A DNA stretch of 64,000 bases from Thalia democratica (Eukaryota): the NCBI GenBank assembly GCA_965202585.1, contig OZ241826.1:69130001-69194000 (forward strand), written 5' to 3'. Of the stretch, positions 49,686-61,700 are shown one piece after another. Each line of letters starts with the position of its first letter. The stretch's first letter is position 1. The translations under genes were made by a program, and so were the position numbers. Under the pieces are notes generated by a model. It saw only the letters and a program-made list of their open reading frames with translations, was not told the origin of the DNA and searched no databases.

Positions 49686-50460
49686 GGGTGCTCGACAATT
49701 CAAATTCTTAAAAAAATAATCAAAAGGCCACAACTCAAAAAGTAATGTGTATTTGAATAAAATAAGTACGTATTTAGGTATTATTAATGGGAACGGGTCT
49801 AAATTGCACGAAAAAAAAATTTCACGAAGCCAAATTTGCACGAGGGAAAATTGCTCAAAGACGATTTTTCACGAGTTATATTTTTGCACGATAGTGAAAA
49901 AAACAAAAAATAAATTAATTAAATAAAAAACAGAAAAAAAATACACTAAAAGATAATTTAATAAAAAAAAAGTTACTAACCGAAAGTAAGGGCTAGGGGT
50001 AACAGTGATAGTAAAAATAAGTAATAAAAATTATTATAAAAATATTAATTAAAAAAAAGAAAAGAAGCTACCGGCCGAGGTTAAGGGGTAACAGTAAAAG
50101 AAATGAAAATTAACAAAAAAATAAAAACTCAACTTATGCAAAAATGTCTCCGTGCAAGATTGTCTGCTCGTGCAAATTTGACAGCTACCCATTATTAGTA
50201 CCTACAAGACAATTTCTTTTTCAAAAAAAATTAAATATATTTTTGGACATGGCTAAGACAAGTTTTAAAATACAACTGTTTTAATAAACTTTAAATATCT
50301 TAGAAAATATTAAAAATTTCGCAAAAATAAAAAATGGCTATTAGATAGTAATGAGACTTATATACGTACTTTTCCCTGTATATATTACTTTTTGAGATAT
50401 GGTCTCTTATATATTTTATCAAGAATTTGAGTTGTCGGAATTCGAATTATCATGCAACCT
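49686..50460. mobile_element. Second fold-back MITE of the same family, interrupted
   Basis: gggtgctcgacaattcaaa start and gaattatcatgcaacct end; the central motif is split by the 49789-50190 insertion. Confidence 0.55.
49789..50190. mobile_element. 402-bp MULE-like MITE
   Basis: TIRs gggaacgggtctaaattgcacga / tcgtgcaaatttgacagctaccc; 9-bp TSD attattaat/attattagt (8 of 9 match); it interrupts the host MITE. Confidence 0.6.
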
Positions 50461-51772
50461 ATAAAAATTTACTACTAAAAACAAAATATGTAATATAAAG
50501 CATTAGAACTAACTTATTATTAAATGCTTAATTGTAACATTTTCTTTAATTGCTTTTATTAGTGAACTACAGCTGAAAAGAAATTTGGGGTAGCAGATTT
50601 TTGCTTTTGGAGTTTAATACCAATTGTACAAATGTGCCGCGAACCAGTGTGCTTACTATACCAAAGCGGACTTGAAATTCAGTTGACCATAACTTTTTCT
50701 TATTCTAGTTAATAATTATAATAAACTATAGGCTATAACTAAATTATAACTTTACTGTAATTAAGATAACTATTTTGGGAGTTCAAATTATTTTGAATAG
50801 GCAGGATATTGAAACAAATATAATAAATAAAAAAAGACTTGAATCCGGCTGGTTCTGAATTTCATAAAACTTTTGGGTCCAGTTTCCTATTTAAGATTTT
50901 TTTTTTTAACGAATTAAGTAAAAATTATTAACTAGAAAAGATAATAACTAGAAGGATATTTAGGCTAGTATTTTAAGATCGCTTTTAAAATAAAAGAAAA
51001 GTATAAATGAGTTGAAAACACTTTTTTTATAACTTGAACTACAAATATTTACATAAAATTTGTTATTATATAAAAAAAAATACTAATAACACAACATAGT
51101 AGCTGCTTACAGTTTTTTATTATGTATAAATTTTTAGTTTAATCAAATAAAATAAGATTTTTTTTTGTTTTTGTTTAATTTCAAGTCGTTTTACTTAAAA
51201 TTTATTGTGTTGAATTTTTTTTACATATATTGTTATTTATATTGTCTTTTATTTTGATAACTTTTCGTTTAGTATTTTTTAAATTTTTATATTATAAATA
51301 GTTTAATAGAAACTATTCAAATAATAATTAAATGTTTATAGTGTATGCAAAATAATTGAAAGTAAAGTGGCCGTTCATGAAAGTAGTTTAATAAATTTAC
51401 CTTGTTGTAACCTCTACTTCAGTTTTTTCTACAAAATTTATATTTTCAAATTTATAGCCTTCTCAGTTACTGTATAAAATAATAGGTTGACAGAAATATT
51501 TAAAAACCTCACTTTTAACTTTTATAAAAAAATTAACTTACTTTTGCTAAAGCTTACACAGACCTTATATACGTATAGTATGTAATTGTAAAAAATAAAT
51601 ATGGTTCATAAACAAAAATAGTTTTTATTTAAAAAAAAAAATATTTTCTATATTTAAATTATTTGTGAATCTAGCAACTTATACTATCAAAATTACAAAA
51701 GAAAATTTAAGCATAGAAGTTTTAGAAACAATAGTATTCATGAACCTTAAAGTTTTTTTTACTAGCTACAAG

Positions 51773-51778
51773 TTTATT
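51773..51778 (-). terminator. Candidate polyadenylation signal of PSMB1 (AATAAA)
   Basis: tttatt on the + strand, ~73 nt after the stop codon; weak evidence in such AT-rich DNA. Confidence 0.3.
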
Positions 51779-51850
51779 TATCAACAAATATAATTAACGC
51801 AATTTAAAACATTTAAGGAAATGAACTCTGAAAAAATTAATAAAAAGTTT

Positions 51851-52540
51851 TTAATCACGTCGGAGATCAAACTTTTCAGATTTTACACCATCCTTTTTGA
51901 TAACATACACATAAACACTGTCACCAGTAGTGATATCTCTTTCAGCCGCAGAGATAAAACAATCTATGCAAATTCTTCTAGCTCTTTCTTCGGTCAGAGG
52001 AGGTAGTTCACTCTGCATATTTTTTCCTCCAATTTGGTTATCTAGCAGAGGTTGAATGAGCTCATTGGCTGCTCCTCCAGCTCTATATTTTTCTCTTTCA
52101 TAAGATCCAACTGGGTCATAAGAATAAACACATCCTTTTCCATCTTGATCAAGTCCAGCAACAATGTTATACACATAATACGGGAAGAACCTCCTGTAGT
52201 AAAGCATTTTAGATAGCATGGAAGCCACTGCTGGGGTTGAAGGATAATCCCCATGATCGTGCTGGTATGTTTCAACTTTGTTCATAGCATGCTTTTTGAA
52301 TGTCAAGATGTCTCCTTCGAATCCCGCCATAGCAACAACTGTAGACGGGGTGAGCTGAATGGTTTTTGGATGATCTCTGCTAAAGATTGTAAATCCCAAG
52401 CTCAAACGCGAGTCAGCTGCAATCACTGAAAAGTCATCTCCTGCAATTGCCATTATGCTGCCACCATTCATTGCATACGGGTTGAAGCGATGTTGTTTCT
52501 CCCCACAATGCACAATATCATGGTTGTATTTGTATGCCAT
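51851..52540 (-). CDS. PSMB1: Proteasome subunit beta type-1 (20S beta6), 229 aa, CDS without introns
   Basis: RFNPYAMNGG, LYYRRFFPYYVYNIVAGLD, GCVYSYDPVGSY, QPLLDNQIG, FISAAERDITTGD and C-terminal LRRD match the PSMB1 family over the full length. Confidence 0.95.
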   Translation of the reverse strand: MAYKYNHDIVHCGEKQHRFNPYAMNGGSIMAIAGDDFSVIAADSRLSLGFTIFSRDHPKTIQLTPSTVVAMAGFEGDILTFKKHAMNKVETYQHDHGDYPSTPAVASMLSKMLYYRRFFPYYVYNIVAGLDQDGKGCVYSYDPVGSYEREKYRAGGAANELIQPLLDNQIGGKNMQSELPPLTEERARRICIDCFISAAERDITTGDSVYVYVIKKDGVKSEKFDLRRD

Positions 52541-52569
52541 GTTTTAAGGTAAGCTATAATTTTACCAAC

Positions 52570-52590
52570 CTGTTAGAAGAAATATAAATT
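52570..52590 (-). promoter_or_regulatory. 3' splice acceptor 29 nt upstream of the PSMB1 ATG
   Basis: The minus strand reads tttatatttcttctaacag|gttggtaaaattatagcttaccttaaaacATG. Confidence 0.55.
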
Positions 52591-52728
52591 ATTTTAAACT
52601 TAACAACCAAAATAAGGAAAATGTAGAAATAAAGGTGCAAAAGTTTATTAATTATTGGAGTTACAGTTGATGAAAAAAAGTAAGTATGCAATGTTTTATT
52701 CTTACTTTAGAATATTTTACAGAATCAA

Positions 52729-53376
52729 GGGCATAGGGTAGGGCACTTTTTTAAAATGTTGATTTTGTTTTAGAGAAATTTTACTTAGCTAATAGATGAT
52801 TTTTACCGTTTTGTAAAATTCAAACTAGTTTATGAGATTAGAGGGTACTAAGTCAGAAAGCTCAATAGGCTCCTTATGGAAGGTCCAAAGTAAAAAGACA
52901 AACAAAATTATTTCATTAAAAATCTATCTTCTCCTACAACTTTGAAACAAACTCTCTGAAACTTCAGTTTTATTTTAACTAAATAATCAACTTCAATAAT
53001 CTAAGAAATTTCTTTTTTGAATAGTTTTTTTTAATAATTTGGTTATAATTTTGGTGATATTAGTCTTAGATTTATTTTTTTATTCTTACAATAGATTTTT
53101 TTTCTTTTTATGCAAGGAAAATTTCCTGAAAACTTGAGGTTATTCACCAAAAAATGTAGAAAAAACATAATTCTTAAACTTATAAAAAAACTGAGAAAAT
53201 TGGTAATTATTTTAATCTTCAATACGTTTGTATCAGAAACTTTTTACACAACCAACAATATCTCATAAGTTTTTTTTTTTTTTTCTGCAAAAAGTATCTT
53301 ATAATTTATACTTAAATCGTTAATGCAATATATAATGTTATTTATGTAAAAAAAAATGTTGGACCCACGTATGCCC
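52729..53376. mobile_element. Possible TTAA-targeting (Kolobok-like) non-autonomous DNA element
   Basis: Short TIR gggcata / tatgccc, flanked by tcaa and ttaa. Weak. Confidence 0.3.
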
Positions 53377-56300
53377 TTAAAAAGTGTTAATATTTGTAAA
53401 AGATATTAAGGCTTAATATTTTAACCATCTAATACTTTATAGAAAATGTGCCTTGTATTTTTTTAAATATTTTTTGCTTGTTTTCAATAAACTTAAGTGT
53501 GTTGAATAAAAACATTTTTAACTATTTTAATTTTTGGTTAAGCCTAGCCAAAAAATCTCTTCATTGCAAAATTAATTTTAAAAACATTTTAACACCTGTA
53601 ACTTTATATATACTAAAAGGTTTTACAAAAATTCAGTTTAAATAGTTTAAAATATTCAGAGTAAGTTAGCCTGAGTCAGTCTAAACTTAATAAAAAAATT
53701 ATAAAACCTTTTGTTTCTGGCGTCATTTATGTTTATTTAAATGTTTCTATACAGTTAAATTCAATTTTCAGTTACTAAGAAAATAAGTGTCAATCTAAAC
53801 ATGCATGTTTTGAAAATTATATACAATAAAATAAACATTAAAAAACTGGAAAGTCTATGTAAAGAACTTCTTTCCAACTTCTAAATATTGCAAGGAACAT
53901 TTCCTGAAAGTTAAAAACGTAGAAGATAGGTTTTTAGTTAAATAGTCGTTTTTTGCTGTTTTAGTTTGTGCAGTCATAAGGTACCTATTGTTGCCTCCGA
54001 CTTTGACCTGCAATATCTCAAAAAATATTTAGAATTTTTAAAATCTGTAAAAAGCTTAGTTAAAACTCTATAAAATAAGATTAAATTGTGAAAAAAGTGA
54101 TTTACCCCCATTATGTCCTTAAGTAATCATTTTAAACATAATACTAAACTAGGGTTGCCATTTTTTCAGTTATAAAAACTGTCCTGAGTAATTCTAAGTT
54201 TTACAAATTTTTAAATAAATCAAAAACGTTTTAAAATCAATAAAAGCCTAATTGTTTAACAAAATTAGTGATAAAAAACTAAAATATTGACACTAAGTCA
54301 ACTAAAATTTACTCAAAATATATGAAAAAACAGGCCTAAGATTTTCAAAACTTGAAAATTACGAGTTTTTTAAAAACAACTAAACTGAACTTAGCAAGCA
54401 TGAGTTAAATAAAAATAAACTAGCCTTAACTACCCTAAAAAATTCAAAAAGTCTTAACCATCTTGAGTGTGTGGAAACTCTGCTAAAATAAACGCAAAGG
54501 CTTAGTGTGGAAAATTTTACATGATAGTTGGAATCTACAATGTAAGCACAAAAAACAGTAGTTACAAAAATATTTATAATAATAAAACAATGAAAAAATT
54601 ATCTAAATTTCAGTAAAATTCTTGTAAAACTGGTCTGCAAATTAATTTTCAAACAAAACACCTGTAAACTAGCCTAAGCCTAATTCATACTAATTAAAGG
54701 CATAGAGGGGGAAAATATTTTTGTAGAAAATAACTTAAAATAAATAATAATAAGATACAATAACTTTATAACAATAAATTCAGTTTAAACATTAAGTACA
54801 TTATCATTATAAATCATAATTTGGGCAGTGTAAAAATAACTAAATTTTATACTAAAGCATAATTGCTGCAAGGCAGCAATTTTTGCAAAATGATTGAAAT
54901 CAACATTTTAAAACTACTAGAAGTTTAGTGGTTGAGCTCACAAAGCAAACACAAACAACAGAATAAACTTAATTTAATTCAAGTTATAATAAAAAACAGG
55001 TTTCAGTTTTGTAAAAAAATCAAACTTGCGTAAGTTTCTCAAAATAGTCTCAAACAGCCTAATTTTGTATCAGCCCAGTAAATGTACTCATTAATTTTTT
55101 TAAACCAGGCATAACACTTCAAGTAATAAATATAAAAACAAAAGTAATATTATTTCTTAAATAAAAATACTTATACTAGAATATAAATGGTAGAAAATGT
55201 TTAATTAAGAAACCAAACAGCATTTAGTTTTGCACACAATTAATTACAGAACCACAATATATTTTTTGAGGTTTATACTGAGCAGTAATAAAATAATTCA
55301 ATTAACTTTAATGGTAATTGCTTGTTTAAAAAATTACAAATTATTTTTATGTATCTAAATAATATTACTTTTGTTTTATTAAAAATAAACTATCTCCTCA
55401 TTGCTTTTTGAGAAAAAAACCTAAAACTTTTAGGACTTCTTTGCAGTATTTAGAAAACTTGTCACAAAAAAATTTTAATTGTTTTTTATTTTAACAAAAA
55501 CCATTTTTTTGGCTTATTGGTCATATTTTTTTTAACTTCTTATAACCATGTTATTAAATATTTTCTTAAGATTGAACAATTCCTGAAATTTTGAGTTAGT
55601 TATATCAAAAATGTAGATAATAGATTTTCATTGGTTTTTATTTATTTACTGTTTTAGTTTTCTCCTCCCATAGATCACTTTGTTAAATGATAGTATTGTA
55701 GTATTTTCATAAGCATAAAAATAATGTTTACTACAAAATAATTTTTGTCAAAGTAGTTTAAATATGAGCCTTAAAGTCATTTGGAATCTAACAAAAAACT
55801 AGTTAGAATTTTGAAATATTTAAACTAGCCTGAGTCAGCCTAAATTTTTAGAACTAGTTAAAAGAAGTAATTTGAGTAGCTTGAGTGTGTGGCTCTATTA
55901 GGACTTTAATTGTTTTGCTATTAAACTCATATAAGTATTTTTCACTACAACATCAACAGACTTTATTTTTCTAAATGACAAGATGACTAAAAACTGGTCT
56001 ATTATTACACAATAAGGTAAAATTAAAGGAAATCCATTAAAGTGAAACCCTGTCAAAATAGTAGACAATTTATTTTCATTTTATCATTATCCTTTACACA
56101 ATTTTAAAATACACTTATCCTTAAGTCTAATTAAAAAGAGTACATGAAGCTGTAACACAGCAAAACTGATTCTAACAAGTGATTTGTCCCTTAACTATTG
56201 CTGAGTTGAAAAAATTAATTAAAAATAAAGACCTAAGGGTGGTACAGGTACTTATTTTACATGTAGATCTTATTTTGAAGACCTTTTATATAGTTGCCAC

Positions 56301-59300
56301 TGGTTTTTGAGAAATTCCTTCCAGCTTTTTAGGCCTATTGTCTGTTTAAAGTTAAGTTTAAGGTTTGAACTGTGGTAAGCAGTATAATAACATTAAAAAG
56401 ATACTGTAAAGCTAATTTAAACAAGATTTTGTACAAAAAAAAATTTGATGACAAATCTATTTTATCTATATGATAGATTTCTCGTGTTGAATATATATTT
56501 TACTAGTTAACATGTAAAAATTGTTTAGAATTCCAGGTTTTTTAGTCTAAATTTTCAAATACCAAGTTTTCCATGATTCTAGGCTTGTGGTAACCTTGCT
56601 CTAACTTTGATTTTTACATGGTTTTGTAAAGTTCCAACTAATTTTTAAGATATTAGGGAACAAATTTGGAGATTTCAATAGGTTTCTTATGAAAGGACCA
56701 AGGTAAAAAGGCAAAAAACACTATTTAATTAAAATTATATCTACTCCTACAGTTGTTATGCATTGCTCTTAAATTTTCTGTTTAACTTAATAAAAAACAA
56801 TTCTATTGTAGGAATTTTTTTTTTCAAAATTAAAGGATGATTTTTTTCAATAAAATAAACAGGAGTTTTTATTTTGGCCATATACTTTTTTTTAAATTAC
56901 AATTAAGACTTTACAAAGAAAATTTCCTAGCAATTTTAATCTGAATGATTTAAGAATAAAGAATATTTTTAATAATTAACATGCAGTTAAAATTTTTCCG
57001 TCTATACTTTTGTATTGTTAACTTTTTAAAACATTTTATAGTATTTAATTTTAGCCTTTATATAAAACCAATGTTAAATTTAGTATAAAAATTTATGGAA
57101 CCATCCTTTGTCTTGAAACTTTTATGTAGTAGTCCTAAAATTTAGGTCCAAGCTTTATTCCTCTCTCAGAATTTACTATCAGTATTGTTTTTTTTTTGAT
57201 TTAATGATAAAGTTACTTAACAATCTGGTTTGCACAAATAATTAATCTACTATGCACAGATTATCCAGAGTAAGACAGCACTGACTAAAAGTACTGTTTA
57301 TGTCATCTTTTATTCTTTTTGATAGTATTAGTTTAGTTAATATCATAGTTTTAGTAAATTAATAAAAAACCACTATCAAAAACTTTGATTTTTAACAATT
57401 TTATAATTGCAGCATTCAAAGTCTTATAAACTATAAAAATTAATTCCTGAATGTTTGAGGTCTCTAGCTCACAAAATGAATTCAAAAGTAGACTTTAAGT
57501 GAATTATTAAATTTCCAAGAAAATTGATGATGAAAAAATTGCGGTCTATACAAAACTTATTACAAAAACATCTTACAAATCTTCAAAAACTAATTAAATT
57601 TTTACAACTATTAAAATATAACATTGATTGTTTGCTAATAGAGGTCCTGGCAAAACAAGTTCACTGGAACATATAAACATGTGTTAGATTGATAAAGAAA
57701 GAGTACTGTTCAGATTTATTATTAATAAAAATTATATTCCGTAGAAACTGGCTAGTAGTCTAAGTATAAATGTTTTATTAAAAAAAAAATTCAACCCCTT
57801 AAGCCCTTATATATATTCAATTCTAGGACTGTAAATGAAATTCTTATAAACTTATAACCTTAATATTACTGTACTTTCATACAAAATGGATAAACTTTAT
57901 CAGAAACATATATGTATGTTTTTAAAATTGATTCAGGACTAAGAAAAAAAATAATCCAGAGAAATTATATTTTTTATGATATTTCAAGATTTATCCATAA
58001 AAACCTACTTTTGTTTAATCACAACTAATCCAGGGAGTTCTATGTGAAACCTGGAAAGCTCAAGCTCTAAATCATACAAATGAGAAAATAAATAATCATA
58101 AACAGAAAAAAAATATTTAAAACAATATTTAGAGCTGATGCAGGAATTAGCCTAACTATAACTAAATACAGGTTTTACCTTGTAATTGTAAATAAATGTT
58201 TTATTTAATAAACCCAGTGTAAATCTAAACCCTGCTGAGTGTGTAACAACCCTGCTAAAAGACTTAATTTTAAGTGGAGTGGGTCATGAGTAAAAGCATA
58301 AGTTTATTAAAATAAGTCTTTTTAAGTCTTACTTTACTAAAAGAACATAAAAGGAAAAGAAGTTATAAATACATTTTTGTTATTTGTATAGCTGTAACAA
58401 TGTATCTTTTTATTTTAAAAGCAATTTTTATGTTTTTTTATGGTAAAAAACAGTCATAGTTCAATAAAAATTGAATCAAACTGAAATATACTCATTAACA
58501 GGGTAGCCACTGGTTTTATTCAAAACTTGTTTAATGTTTTCTAAGAATTATTTGGGAATAAGTTTACTTGTTCTTTTACAGTAGAAAATTAAACTTCAGA
58601 AGTAGCTTAAATGGTTCTGTGATGCTATTCTAATTTTGCTTTATAATAAATAAAAATCTGAACTTAATAGAAATTCTTCATTAGATTTTTTAATTCTTTT
58701 TTATTCTATTTAACTTTCATAATTCTATATACATAGATTGTTTTAACTCAAGCTTTTTCATTGATTTTTTTCAAAATTATAGGTTATTTCAAAAAGTATC
58801 AAAATACATATTTTTTAGTAAAATTTAGTTACATTTTCTGTATAAAAAGATTTTATTAGCAAAAAAGCCTAAGCTTTATGACTTTAAGGATAAGCAAAAG
58901 CCTTAGTATAACAAGACTTTTTTTATTTAAATTTTATATAACTATTAACTTAAGAAGATAATTTAAATCATTTAATTTTTGTACTCGTTTTTACAGCAAA
59001 TTTGCATTCAGTAGTTTTTGAAGCTTTACAAATTTCTGATAACAGATTAAACTATCTCAAAAAAGTGTTTACAAAACAAATGGTATAACTCTAAGACCAA
59101 AAAGTTTTACTTCAACCAACCTATTGTCATAGTTTTTTTTTTATGTATATTTGTCAACCACTAAGTTTTAATCTTGCAACTTCAACTCAGAGAGTTGCAT
59201 TTTATTTGAAAATAGCCACATTTTTAGGTATTAAAGTAAGTATATATTCTACTTTATTGATTATAATATAATTTACAGTCCAAATGCTTTAAGATAGTTA

Positions 59301-59914
59301 CAAAGATTGTTTATTAATTGATCAAAGAACAAGGAACACAATTGAATTATAATTTTAGGTATACTTTTAAATATATAAATTGGGCCTTAGTTTAGTGACA
59401 ATGCAGTTTCAAATTTTGTGTTTTCTCAAATTTGAAACTTTTACTTATGCATTGTTTATATACAAACTAAGTTTCATCAGGGACAATTAAAGCTAAAATT
59501 GAAAAAACGTAAAATTTTATTGTATTTTTTTATAACCTTTTTATGCACCATTTGCAACTAAGTATGTATAAGTTACTAATTTTTCTCTTTTATTACACAA
59601 AAGGTATCAAAACTGCACTGAGTTTAATTTTAAATAACAAATTGTTTTGAAAATACTTGGTTAGTAAACTATTGTTTATTAAACTATAAAAAAGCGCTCA
59701 AAATATTTTGTCCTAGGACCTGGTGCACGAAAAAAGGTTATCGAGTTGTACAAATGGATAGCTTTTAATGTTTTGTGCAGGACAAGTTTTAAACAGTTTT
59801 AAAACAAGTTTAAATTATGATATATAAATATATTAAATACAAATTTTAGAGTTAAGCAAGTGAAACTTAAGTAAAAATATGTTTGTTACAAATTGTTTAT
59901 AGTTTAGTTTTTCA

Positions 59915-61700
59915 TTTACTGTTACTTGCGTATTTAACTTGGATCGTTTTTCTTCAATCAATATTGATTCCAAGCTGTAGAATATTTAAATTCTCAATCG
60001 CTCAATTTAAATCGTTTCAAAACTTTAAAGTTTTGTACTACTTCAGAGTTTTGACAGGGTGTGAAGCTAAATTGATTTTCGAGTGTTAAACTGTTTTTAT
60101 CTGTTACACATCGATCAACAATTCGTCGAAAGACTTGTCCTGATGTCTCTCCAATATAGGAGGGACTCTGATCTACAAATTAGGTGTATCTATACCTGAT
60201 ATTAGCTTCGAATATTTCCGATCCGAACATATACTTTTGTTGCCGAAGTAGTAACAAACTTTTGCCGGTGTAGGCCGGTATAATAGCAAAGTTATGTCTT
60301 TGAAATATGGATGCTATTCGTTTTTAAAATCGCAATGAACAATTACTGTCGTAAATTGTTGTGAATAAGATAATTTTTCGAAATCTGTCTTCTTTTCAAT
60401 TTCCGTGTCAGTCTTCAAGTTTTGTTGGTATGTTGAGTTGTCGGTTTCATGAGTTTAAAGAAGTTTATTGATTTTTAGCTTTACAAGATTTTTTGGGTAC
60501 TAATTCTTAAGTAATAAGTTTTTTGTTTATGTTAGTTTTTCTTTAAAAGCTTTAAAATCTGCGCATATTAGATCAAAGCTTTTTAAACCATGTTTCCAAG
60601 ATCTTGGAAAAAAAAATAGTGTATTGCATTAATATTCAAGTGTCTGTTCGTTTTCTGTAAATATTTGTGTGTAGTTTGGTTGATACTTTACTCCAATGTC
60701 CAGATACGGTAGTTTTACGTCAACGGATTTTTCCGGAATTAATTCTAAGTTTGGGAGTAGAACTGTAGAGTATTCATTTCATGATAAAAGTTGGTTGAAT
60801 CAGGGTTGTTTAATGTGACTACAAATATATCATCTACATATCTAATTTAGAATATGCATTTTGTTTCAAAATTTGTTTGTAATCGTTTTTTTTTTCTACA
60901 AACCAGTTTATTAGGATTCGGGCTAATGGGCTACCCATTGCAACACCGTCTATTTGTTTTCAGACTTTTTCACTAAAGACAAAAACACTTTTAGAGCACA
61001 CCTGTAAAATTTTCCGTAACATACTTTATGAATTTTTTTATTTTTAATCAAAGTTATACTTGTGTCATATCTTCGATTACTTTTTTAGTGAAACGTATAT
61101 AGGCTTTTAATGTCTAAACTAGCAAAAGCGATTAAATAATTTTTCTTTAGTTTAGTTATTTTGTTTTCAAATTCACTTGATAATGAAATACTATTTTTGA
61201 CATAAACGAAAATTTTTAATGGTTTTTTTAACCATTAAGCTAGTTTTACTCTGGAAAGTTGATAGGTTATAATACTATTCTTGTTTTAGAGTTTTCTTCG
61301 TGCGTTTTTACAACACCACTTAACTTTTCAAACTACGTGGATAGATGTTGTAATAAACTTTTAGCCTTACTATTTTTTAAAATACTTTTTTCTGCAATAA
61401 TAAACTACTTTGTTTTCTTGTATAATATTTATGATAACATCTCTAATTCATTTTTAACTTAAGTTACCATTTTATTGCAACCAACAACTCTTTTTCCATT
61501 TAACAACTTTATCGAGCAATGCTTTTAAAATTTAACTAATTTCCTTTTCAAAACAAAACAAATACTCACAAGACTATTTAATCAAACAAAATACAAGTAA
61601 ACTTTAAAATCAATCAAGAAAAAACTAAACATATTAATAATTAAAGCTAAAAAAGATGATTTGGACAAAATAGACTATTTAAAAACAAAAATATTGTAAA
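59915..61700 (-). mobile_element. Decayed Penelope-like retroelement (RT + GIY-YIG endonuclease)
   Basis: Minus-strand motifs in the correct order: LDIKSLYT (61117-61094), QIDGVAMGSP (60956-60927), YVDD (60840-60829), LPYLD (60712-60698), YIGET (60158-60144), LESILIEEKRSKLNTQ (~59975-59925). Many stops; 5' boundary approximate. Confidence 0.85.

Noticed and set aside
59440-59490. Minus-strand CTGATGA downstream of the Penelope-like remnant as a pLTR hammerhead
   Set aside because: No GAAA, stem III or cleavage triplet follows at the right spacing.
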